DNA of 64,000 bases, taken from the NCBI GenBank assembly GCA_023512255.1, contig JAILZY010000008.1:3508-67507 (forward strand). The letters are read 5' to 3'. The number at the start of each line of letters is the position of its first letter. The first letter of the stretch is position 1. Origin of the DNA: a bacterium. Lineage in GTDB: Bacteria; SZUA-182; DTGQ01. Below, piece after piece: positions 19,338 through 26,919 of the stretch. The position numbers and the translations under genes were made by a program. Under the pieces are notes generated by a model. That model ran no database searches. It saw nothing but the letters and a program-made list of their open reading frames with translations, and was not told the DNA's origin.

Positions 19338-21428
19338 CCCCACGCCTCGCATCTCGATATGTACCAGAGGGACGATGAGTTCCTCGACTGAAACGCCGCC
19401 ATGGCTCACGATGCGCTGCTTTTCCTGGACAAACGTCTGCCGAGCGGGGGCCAGCAGGGCGAGGTAGTCCTCCGGGAGACCAACGGTTCCCCATTCCATC
19501 GCGGCGGGAAAGCGTTCCTTCACCTTGGCGCGTAGGGCCGCGTCGGGATAGATGCGGACCCGTTCGCCGCGCAGGTCTGCCACAGCCCCTTCGGATGGAC
19601 GACCGCAGCCTTCCGCCTCGATGTTGCCATGATCAGAGGTCAAATAAACAAGGAAGCCCCGATCCAAGAGCAGATCGAGGAGTGTGTTCAGATACGGCTG
19701 CTTGGCCCACTGGCGCACCTGGTTGTGCATCCCGGCGGTGCCCATTTCCATCCCATGCATGATCCTGTCGACCTTGTCCACGACCAGCCCGACGACCCTT
19801 GCCTTGGTATGAGAAAGCGCTTCGGAAACGCTTTCCAGGCCGCCGTCGCCCAGACCCTTGAGGTAGACGACCTCGTTTGGTGCGAGGCCCTGATCTGCCC
19901 AGAACTGCGCCCAAAGTGCTGGTTCCTTGTCCGTGGTCTGGATGCTGTTCGGGAAAAAGATGGGAGCCTTGCCGGCAAAAGTTGCCTGGCGTGAGACTGA
20001 GGTAAGCGAAGGAATCCAGGCAAAGACCGCCTGCTCCCGGAATCGCAGTCCGGGCTGCTTTGCGGCAAGTGCTTCGCGGATCACCAGCCATTGGTCCAGG
20101 GCAAGGCCGTCGATCACCAACAAAGCGAGCTTTGTTGGTGATCGCAGTGATGAGTGATGAGGACCGGGTAGTGAGTTGGCCAAAAAGAGCGGGATATGAT
20201 GAACCATGGCCGGCGGATTTGGAGGCAACTGGATAAGTCCTGCATATCGCCTCTGTATCCAAGATAGAAATCGCTGATCGACCCTTCGTGTAAGTGCATC
20301 GATACGATCATTCTGTCTTTCACTCAGTCCCCAGTCCTCATTACTCATTACTTTCAATTCCGCCCATCCGCGGGCAAAGTGGAGCCAGTCCGTGTGCTTC
20401 GCGTCCTTGGCCGGGATGGATGCCTCTAGGCTGTCGATGAGCTTGGCCAGACGACGGGACCTGTCCTCTGTGGGAGCCGCTCTAACGCCGATGCCTACCC
20501 AGGTTTTGGACAGGGTTTCCGCATACTCGTGTGGGACTGGATGCAGCACACCCTCGACGAACAGGTTGTCGATGTAGACCCGGATGTCATGGTGGTCGAA
20601 GGGAAGTTCGACAGGTCCCTTGATGGATAGACCGTAGGGCTTCTCTTCCTCACGAACGACTGCCTGTGCCGTGCCCGGCACGGCAGACAGGCCTGCCTGT
20701 TCCGAGGCTTCGGCAGGCCTGCCGGACGCCCCTTTGGCTGCCTCACGGTCAAGAAAGATCGGCCAGCGCTCTTGGAGGAACGCGAAGAAGGCTTCCCTGT
20801 CCGCCACCAGTGTCTCAAGTGGCCATTCGTCGAAGATGTTAGTCTGGCGCAGAAGCTGGATGAACCGCTCGTCGAGGATAGCAGGGATGCGTTGTCCGCG
20901 GTAGTGACGGCGCAGGAGTACCCGCAGGAGGTCCGATGGCTGTTTGATCAGCTCGGGAGCGATTTCAAAGACGTGCCGGAGGACGAACTCCTTGGTGGCG
21001 TTGTCGCTAAGCTGGCCAGGTGCATGTCGGATCGAAGCCTGATACAAGGCATCGAGATCTCCTCTGTCCAGGGCGCTCACAACCGGGCAGCTTAGGTTCG
21101 GAAAGATTTCGCCGAGGTTGAAGGAGAGTTTGCGACCGGCCTGGAGTAGATCATAGGGTAACCCGCTGAGGTCGCTTGCTTGGGAGCGCAATACCACAAC
21201 GAGGTCCGTGTGCTCCCCGCGGTCCCAGCGGGAGCGAAACTTCGATTCATAGGCGTAGCGGAACGCGATACGGTCTTCGAACGGGATCAGCTCAAAGCCA
21301 CGCTCGCGGATGCCTTCGAGAATGCCTTCTTCGAGGAGCAGTCCGTCCGGATCGGCCACTAGGGTGAGTCGAGCGACCTTCGGAGTGAATTCCTTCAGGA
21401 TTTGATCGCGCCAGCTACTCATGGCCAC
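19332..21428 (-). CDS. pglZ: PglZ-domain protein (alkaline-phosphatase superfamily; BREX/Pgl core component)
   Basis: PglZ signature LALLVIDGLALDQW...SLTSVSR...TSDHGN, about 700 aa. Confidence 0.8.
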   Translation of the reverse strand: MAMSSWRDQILKEFTPKVARLTLVADPDGLLLEEGILEGIRERGFELIPFEDRIAFRYAYESKFRSRWDRGEHTDLVVVLRSQASDLSGLPYDLLQAGRKLSFNLGEIFPNLSCPVVSALDRGDLDALYQASIRHAPGQLSDNATKEFVLRHVFEIAPELIKQPSDLLRVLLRRHYRGQRIPAILDERFIQLLRQTNIFDEWPLETLVADREAFFAFLQERWPIFLDREAAKGASGRPAEASEQAGLSAVPGTAQAVVREEEKPYGLSIKGPVELPFDHHDIRVYIDNLFVEGVLHPVPHEYAETLSKTWVGIGVRAAPTEDRSRRLAKLIDSLEASIPAKDAKHTDWLHFARGWAELKVMSNEDWGLSERQNDRIDALTRRVDQRFLSWIQRRYAGLIQLPPNPPAMVHHIPLFLANSLPGPHHSSLRSPTKLALLVIDGLALDQWLVIREALAAKQPGLRFREQAVFAWIPSLTSVSRQATFAGKAPIFFPNSIQTTDKEPALWAQFWADQGLAPNEVVYLKGLGDGGLESVSEALSHTKARVVGLVVDKVDRIMHGMEMGTAGMHNQVRQWAKQPYLNTLLDLLLDRGFLVYLTSDHGNIEAEGCGRPSEGAVADLRGERVRIYPDAALRAKVKERFPAAMEWGTVGLPEDYLALLAPARQTFVQEKQRIVSHGGVSVEELIVPLVHIEMRGVGK

Positions 21429-24369
21429 CGCCCTCCACCCGAATCACAACCAGCGGCACCATGTCGGGATAGGTGTGAGCCTTCTGATCGAGCTGCTCAT
21501 GGAAGCTCCGCTCCTCTTGGGTCAGGAGGTTCAGGCGATAGTTGCGGACCTGGGGCAGGCCAATTCGCTCGATGGTTTTGCGGCGTGCGGCAAAGGCGTA
21601 GTCTGCCTTCTCACGCTCGCGTGCGATGCGGCCCCGATGCTCTTGCAGGAGCGCTTCGTAGATAGGTTTCCCGTGTTCCTCTGCGGCGCTTTGCAGCTTT
21701 GCTAAAGAGGCTTGGGAGACCTTGGCGTCAAGGACGGACCGGACCTTTATGTTTGCTGCGAGGAGCTGATCCCACACGTGTCTGGCCGTCGGCATATAGA
21801 CCATGCCGTTGTCGGCCAAAAAGAGAGGCATGATCCGCCTGCGGCGGGTCTCCGGTCCTGGGCCCAAGGTCACGGGGCCGTCCCACCGACTCGCGACCCG
21901 CGACCCGTTACTCACAATCGAGATTTGCCACAAGGACCAGATGCCCTGGACCTCCCCGGAGAGACCGGGGATTGATACGATAGGAACCGGCTGGCCCGGC
22001 GCAAAGCGGGGAAGTCGCATGGCCAGTTCGCGAATCCTAGGCTCTTCAAGGGTAAGATGCCGGGCGGTCGGAAGCCTCTCGGCTTCCTTGCCGGTGAAGA
22101 CTACATTCTCGTAGGTCTCACCGTCGGGCCAGGTGAGGTTCCAGCTCTGGCGTCTTTTCTCGGCCTGGCCGCCGTGCGCCTTCAGGTAGCTCACGGTCAT
22201 ACGCTCGATCCAATGGGGCAAGGGGTGAGTCAGCAGCCGCTGGGCTTCGCCAGGCTCCAGATCCTCGGTCGCGCCAAGTACCGATGCGGTCGTGCGCGCC
22301 TCGCGAGCCTGCTCCTGCAAGCGGGCAATCACGCTCTCCACGGATTCCTCCACCTTTTCGGGGTTGAGGATCGCCTCGACATACATCTCGTCGAACATGT
22401 GGCTCGCCTGGGCCGAGTCAAGGACGTCGCCGGTCTTGTCAATGCCGAACTCCTCGAAGATGACGGCGAGCTTCTGCTCCAGTACTTCAAGGACCCGATG
22501 CTCAACCGATCCTTCGAGGACCAAGTTAACCGCACGCACCGTATGAGCTTGGCCGATACGATCCACCCGACCAATCCGCTGTTCGAGTCGCATCGGGTTC
22601 CAGGGGATGTCGTAGTTGATCACCACGTGGCAGAACTGGAGGTTCAAACCCTCCCCGCCGGCGTCGGTGGAGATGAGAATCCGGACATCCTTGGCGAATG
22701 CCTCCTGGGCCCGCTTACGCTCTTCCATGTCCATAGAGCCATTCAGGCAGACGACTGAAAACCCGCGCTCTGTTAGGAACCAACGCAACATCTCTTGGGT
22801 GGGAACGAACTCGGTGAACACCAGTACCTTAAGCTCAGGGTCGCTCTCCTCGGCCTGGAGGCGGTAGAGCCAGTCTAGCAGTGCCTCGGCCTTGGCGTCT
22901 GGTCCGATCTGCTCGCAGCGAGCCGCGGCCTCCAAGAGCATCTTTACCTCGGCGCGCTCGTTCTTGAGCGCCTTGAGGCGGGTGCGAAGCAACACCTCGA
23001 TCTGCTCCTGGCCGTCCAAGTCAGCCCATTCCTCTTCGGAGTTGAGGGGGAACAGGGTCAGTTGTTCCTGAGGTGCGGCGAGCGCCTCGAGCCGCCTTTC
23101 AAGCGTAATGCGGATAGCTCTTGTGCTGGAGACCACAAGGCGCTGCATCAGGATCATCAGAAAGCCGATATAGCTGCGTTTCTCCCGCATGGCCTGGTTG
23201 TAGCCTTCGCGTACGTATTCTGTGACCGCCTCGTAGAGGAGCTGCTGATCGCGGTGCCGCTCTTTCCATGAGACCGGAGCAAGCTGTGTGCGCCGCGGCT
23301 TGAACAGCGGGTTTCCCTCTACGTCAATGGCGCGGCGCTTTTCGGTGCGGATGACATGCGGTTGGACTCGCTCGCGGGTGACGCTGCTCGTGTCCGGGAA
23401 TTCCTGGGTGTCGATAAGGGAAACGAGCCGATGAAAGGCGTCGGTCTTGCCCTGGTGCGGGGTCGCCGAAAGCAGCAGGAGATATGGCGCGGACTCGGCC
23501 AGCCCCTGGCCCAGTTTGAAGCGGGCCACCTGGTCGGTGCTGCCGCCCAGACGGTGCGCTTCGTCCACGATGACCAGGTCCCAGCCGGCGGAGATCAGGT
23601 CCTCGAACCGTTCGCGGGCCGCCGCGCCGCCGCTTCCCGCCGCAGGTTTGACGGAATCCATGGGAACCACAATCTGATCTAATATCCGAAAAGGATTCTG
23701 TGCGTCTCGGCGGAGTACTGAGGACTGAGTGCTGAGGACTAAGCGGTTTTCTTCATACTCAGTCCTTAGTCCTCGTGCCTCAGTCCTGTGGATTGCCGAG
23801 ATGCGCTTCAAGGTGCGGTAGTCTTCCGTAAGAACTTGATGGAACCGTTCATTGAAGTGCATTGCCATCTCGGCAATCCACTGCGTGACCAGCCCCTTTG
23901 GGGCGATGACCAGCGTCCGCTTGACCAGTCCGCGAAGCTTAAGTTCCCGCATAATGAGCCCAGCCTCGATGGTCTTGCCCAGGCCGACCTCGTCCGCCAG
24001 GAGATAGCGCACCCGGTCGCTGCTAATGGCGCGGGATAAAGCATGGATCTGGTGAGGAAGCGGAATGACGGAGGACTCAATGGGTGCGAGCAGGACGTCC
24101 TGTGTCAGTGCATCTGCTACCCGCGCGGCCGCAGCAATGTAGGCGATATGGTCCGCCGAACCGGTACCTGCACTATCCAGTGGTTTAAGTCTGGAAGCCG
24201 CCGGGATGCGGACCACCGAGTCGCTCCCGGGCAGCCAGACATGGCAGGTCGTCTCGCCCCAGAGCGTCTGGACTTCGATGACCTGACAAAGCTGCCCGTG
24301 GTCCGGGGAATACAACCACGAATGAACACGAATGGACTCAAATAAGTTCATAGGACAAGTCTCTCCCAT
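21415..24369 (-). CDS. SNF2-family superfamily-2 helicase (BrxHII-like)
   Basis: Motif I LADEVGLGKTIEAGL; DEAH box IVDEAHRL; C-terminal helicase domain; 984 aa. Confidence 0.8.
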   Translation of the reverse strand: MGETCPMNLFESIRVHSWLYSPDHGQLCQVIEVQTLWGETTCHVWLPGSDSVVRIPAASRLKPLDSAGTGSADHIAYIAAAARVADALTQDVLLAPIESSVIPLPHQIHALSRAISSDRVRYLLADEVGLGKTIEAGLIMRELKLRGLVKRTLVIAPKGLVTQWIAEMAMHFNERFHQVLTEDYRTLKRISAIHRTEARGLRTEYEENRLVLSTQSSVLRRDAQNPFRILDQIVVPMDSVKPAAGSGGAAARERFEDLISAGWDLVIVDEAHRLGGSTDQVARFKLGQGLAESAPYLLLLSATPHQGKTDAFHRLVSLIDTQEFPDTSSVTRERVQPHVIRTEKRRAIDVEGNPLFKPRRTQLAPVSWKERHRDQQLLYEAVTEYVREGYNQAMREKRSYIGFLMILMQRLVVSSTRAIRITLERRLEALAAPQEQLTLFPLNSEEEWADLDGQEQIEVLLRTRLKALKNERAEVKMLLEAAARCEQIGPDAKAEALLDWLYRLQAEESDPELKVLVFTEFVPTQEMLRWFLTERGFSVVCLNGSMDMEERKRAQEAFAKDVRILISTDAGGEGLNLQFCHVVINYDIPWNPMRLEQRIGRVDRIGQAHTVRAVNLVLEGSVEHRVLEVLEQKLAVIFEEFGIDKTGDVLDSAQASHMFDEMYVEAILNPEKVEESVESVIARLQEQAREARTTASVLGATEDLEPGEAQRLLTHPLPHWIERMTVSYLKAHGGQAEKRRQSWNLTWPDGETYENVVFTGKEAERLPTARHLTLEEPRIRELAMRLPRFAPGQPVPIVSIPGLSGEVQGIWSLWQISIVSNGSRVASRWDGPVTLGPGPETRRRRIMPLFLADNGMVYMPTARHVWDQLLAANIKVRSVLDAKVSQASLAKLQSAAEEHGKPIYEALLQEHRGRIAREREKADYAFAARRKTIERIGLPQVRNYRLNLLTQEERSFHEQLDQKAHTYPDMVPLVVIRVEGGGHE
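23714..23790. repeat. ~77 bp imperfect-palindrome repeat element built from GAGGACT-type heptads, in-frame inside the helicase gene
   Basis: The 3' 30 nt are identical (one mismatch) to the copy at 28617-28696. Translated in-frame as RTEARGLRTEYEENRLVLSTQSSVL. Confidence 0.7.
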
Positions 24370-24731
24370 TCGAGTTTTGGCTTTTTGAAATTGAGGATAA
24401 GGCCGACTTTGAGCTGGGTAATCTTCAGGTAGTTGAGCATCTGGCCACGTTCAACATCCGTAATACGGTCAATCGTCTTGGCGTCGACCACGATCTTATC
24501 AAAGGCAATCAAATCGGGAATGTAATCGCCCACCTTGACACCTTTGTAAATTACATCGAAGCGCGGCTGCTGCTTGTAAGGGATTCCTCTCAGGCCAAAT
24601 TCAACAACGAGTGCATTTTCATACGGCTTTTCCAGCAACCCATGCCCAAGCGTATTGAACACCTCCATGGCGCAGCCAACGATCTGGAATACCTCATCTT
24701 TGAACAGTAATTTGTGTTCCTTCGTGTCCAT
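24348..24731 (-). CDS. GxxExxY-family small protein (PD-(D/E)xK nuclease-like fold)
   Basis: 127 aa. VGCAMEVFNTLG matches the GxxExxY motif, with downstream D/E-x-K-type residues. Overlaps the helicase start by 22 nt. Confidence 0.65.
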   Translation of the reverse strand: MDTKEHKLLFKDEVFQIVGCAMEVFNTLGHGLLEKPYENALVVEFGLRGIPYKQQPRFDVIYKGVKVGDYIPDLIAFDKIVVDAKTIDRITDVERGQMLNYLKITQLKVGLILNFKKPKLEWERLVL

Positions 24732-24740
24732 TCGTGGTTC

Positions 24741-25667
24741 TCACTCCTCCCCCGCTCGAGTAACCGCCTGGTCGTACCACATGAGGAGCTTGGGGTCTTT
24801 CTGGAGGACGTTCTCAGGAATTTTGCGGGCCACAGCGATGATGGTGGCATAGTCGCGCTCCTGCCATGCCTTCTTGAATCCGGCCCGGACCGCCTCAAGG
24901 CGGAAGACCTTCAGTTTCCGCTGGCTGGAAGCCAGCGCCACACTGGAAGCCAGCGCCACATATTCTTGAAATTCCTTGAGCAGGGACCGCTCGCGCAGCT
25001 TCTCCAGGTCGATGGCCTTGTTCGGGTCAGGCACATACCAGCGGTCCTTGGCTTCGCGAAGCAGTCTCGGGTCCTGAGTCTCGAGTCCCGAGTCTTCTGA
25101 TCCGTCACCCGCGACCCGCGACTCGCGACTGATCAACTCCCGCCATGTAGCACTCTGCTTCATCCACGAGACGATTTGTTTTGGAATAGGCCCCTTGCCG
25201 TCATAGCGCAAGAAGTTCTGCTCCAGCAGCTCGGAAAGCTCCAGCAGCCTCTCGTGCTTATGCCAGCCGCTGATCTCCTTGAGGAATTGGGGGTGCAGTT
25301 CCTGGAAGGTCTGTGGCTTCCGTGTGAGCTGCTGTTTGAGCCACTCGATGGCTGAGGCCTCATCCGTGACAAAGAGCGGAAGCTGCACAAAGAGCGGAAG
25401 CTGCACAAAGAGCGGAAGCTGCAGCAACTTTCGGACAGCCATCCGCTTTTTGTCATACTCAGCCACCTGCTCGGGCAGGAAGTACATCCCGTCCCGTTCT
25501 GGGAAACGCTGGGCCAGCCCAGCGTAAAACTCCCCAGCGGATATCGGAACCATCACCCCACGCTGCACATGAAAGGCCACCATGCGGTCAAAGAGTAGGT
25601 AATTCTGGCGCTCGGCGATGATTTCCAAGGTGGAGCCTGCATCTTGCAGGCTATCTTCTTGCTGCAC
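24741..25667 (-). CDS. hypothetical protein, possibly the frameshifted C-terminal portion of the PglX-like methyltransferase
   Basis: Follows methyltransferase piece 2 after 10 nt in another frame. The three pieces sum to about 1255 aa (PglX-like size). Contains two in-frame 18-bp tandem repeat arrays. Confidence 0.35.
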   Translation of the reverse strand: MQQEDSLQDAGSTLEIIAERQNYLLFDRMVAFHVQRGVMVPISAGEFYAGLAQRFPERDGMYFLPEQVAEYDKKRMAVRKLLQLPLFVQLPLFVQLPLFVTDEASAIEWLKQQLTRKPQTFQELHPQFLKEISGWHKHERLLELSELLEQNFLRYDGKGPIPKQIVSWMKQSATWRELISRESRVAGDGSEDSGLETQDPRLLREAKDRWYVPDPNKAIDLEKLRERSLLKEFQEYVALASSVALASSQRKLKVFRLEAVRAGFKKAWQERDYATIIAVARKIPENVLQKDPKLLMWYDQAVTRAGEE

Positions 25668-25677
25668 CGGCTGACTT

Positions 25678-26910
25678 TTATTTTTGTTTAGCCTGCTGGA
25701 AGCAGGCTCTACTTTGCTTAGCCTGCTGGAAGCAGAACTCAGCCTGCTGGAAGCAGGCTCTCACAAATACCGGCAGTTGCTTCAGGTGAGTGCGGACAAA
25801 GTCCCAAACGCCTTGCTCCGTCCCCGCTTCGAGCTTGAAGCGTTCCTCTAGGCCACCGTTTGGCTTGTAGCAGGAGATGATGAGGTCCTGTTTGACCGCG
25901 GATGCTGAAGTTACCTGCTTGAAAGAACCTTGCTGCTTGTCCAGCGTGCGCACATCAGCAATGACAAAGCACGCGGCCTGCAGGGCCTCCTGGATCGCGT
26001 TCCAGACCGCGTTCTTGGAGTTGTGAAATTCCACCGTCATCCAGTGGCCCGGCTTGAGCACCCGGTAGTATTCTTTGAAACATTCGGTCATGAGCTTCTG
26101 GTATTCTGGCAGCCCTTTGCCCTGGGCGGTGTTTTCGATGGCCTCAGGCTTGTTGTTGGTAAAAACCTTAAGCCACGCCTCCCAGAGGAAATTCAGCTCA
26201 GAATACATCAGGTTGCCACCAAAGGGTGGGTCGGTGAAGATGTAGTCGATGGATTCGCCTGGTATTGGGAATACTGAAGAATCACAACAACCAATGGATG
26301 CCACCTTGATCTCGCCAAACCGTGGAGCTTCATGTTTTATGAGTCTCTGCAATTTACCGGTAAGAATGTAACCGGAAGACACTTCTACCTGTTGCGAACC
26401 GACGTATAACGTGCCACTAAGATACCGGTTTACTTGCGAAAAATGAGTAGGGACATACCGCGATATTTTCGCGAATCCCAGCGCCGCATACTGTATGAAA
26501 AACAAGCTCAATTTGTGCCGTGCCTTAAATGCCTTATCATACATCCCCCCCAGCACCCACAGATTCCGTCTGGTATAGAAATGGTGCACATGGGTGATGC
26601 CGTGGGAAACTTTAGGTTGCTCCGTGTTATAGCCCTCCGGCATACGATCCGTCGGAAACCAATATGGTATTTCCATCTGCTCAATTTTTTCGATAAGTGC
26701 TAGATCGAAGGCGTCGGGCGTCTTTTCGAATCGCTGCTTTCCCACGCTATAGTTGATGAGCACCGGCACTTGTTTGGCTTGCCTGATGGTCTGATTAATA
26801 GCCTTATCAAATTTGGTAACCCAAGCCCGTTCCATTAGGCGTTTGGTGAGCAGGGTGCCGCAGTGGGGGCAGGGAAATTTGTCATGGATTTTGCCCGCTT
26901 CCTTATTCAC
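25678..26910 (-). CDS. DNA methyltransferase fragment (amino-methyltransferase catalytic motif DPPF), piece 2; in-frame continuation of 26920..28533 across a TAG
   Basis: Catalytic motif IV IFTDPPFGGN. Begins with a CPHCG half zinc ribbon. Starts at GTG three codons after the TAG of the upstream piece, in the same frame. Confidence 0.7.
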   Translation of the reverse strand: MNKEAGKIHDKFPCPHCGTLLTKRLMERAWVTKFDKAINQTIRQAKQVPVLINYSVGKQRFEKTPDAFDLALIEKIEQMEIPYWFPTDRMPEGYNTEQPKVSHGITHVHHFYTRRNLWVLGGMYDKAFKARHKLSLFFIQYAALGFAKISRYVPTHFSQVNRYLSGTLYVGSQQVEVSSGYILTGKLQRLIKHEAPRFGEIKVASIGCCDSSVFPIPGESIDYIFTDPPFGGNLMYSELNFLWEAWLKVFTNNKPEAIENTAQGKGLPEYQKLMTECFKEYYRVLKPGHWMTVEFHNSKNAVWNAIQEALQAACFVIADVRTLDKQQGSFKQVTSASAVKQDLIISCYKPNGGLEERFKLEAGTEQGVWDFVRTHLKQLPVFVRACFQQAEFCFQQAKQSRACFQQAKQK

Positions 26911-26919
26911 GGCAGCCTC

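Noticed and set aside
19600-24100. Many 60-230 aa ORFs antisense to or overlapping the pglZ and helicase genes (for example 19633..20262-, 21421..21705+, 22057..22758+, 23356..23682+)
   Set aside because: They lie entirely inside long ORFs that have strong domain signatures. They are low-complexity (Arg/Ser/Pro-rich) products of a locally GC-rich, repeat-containing sequence and are treated as spurious.
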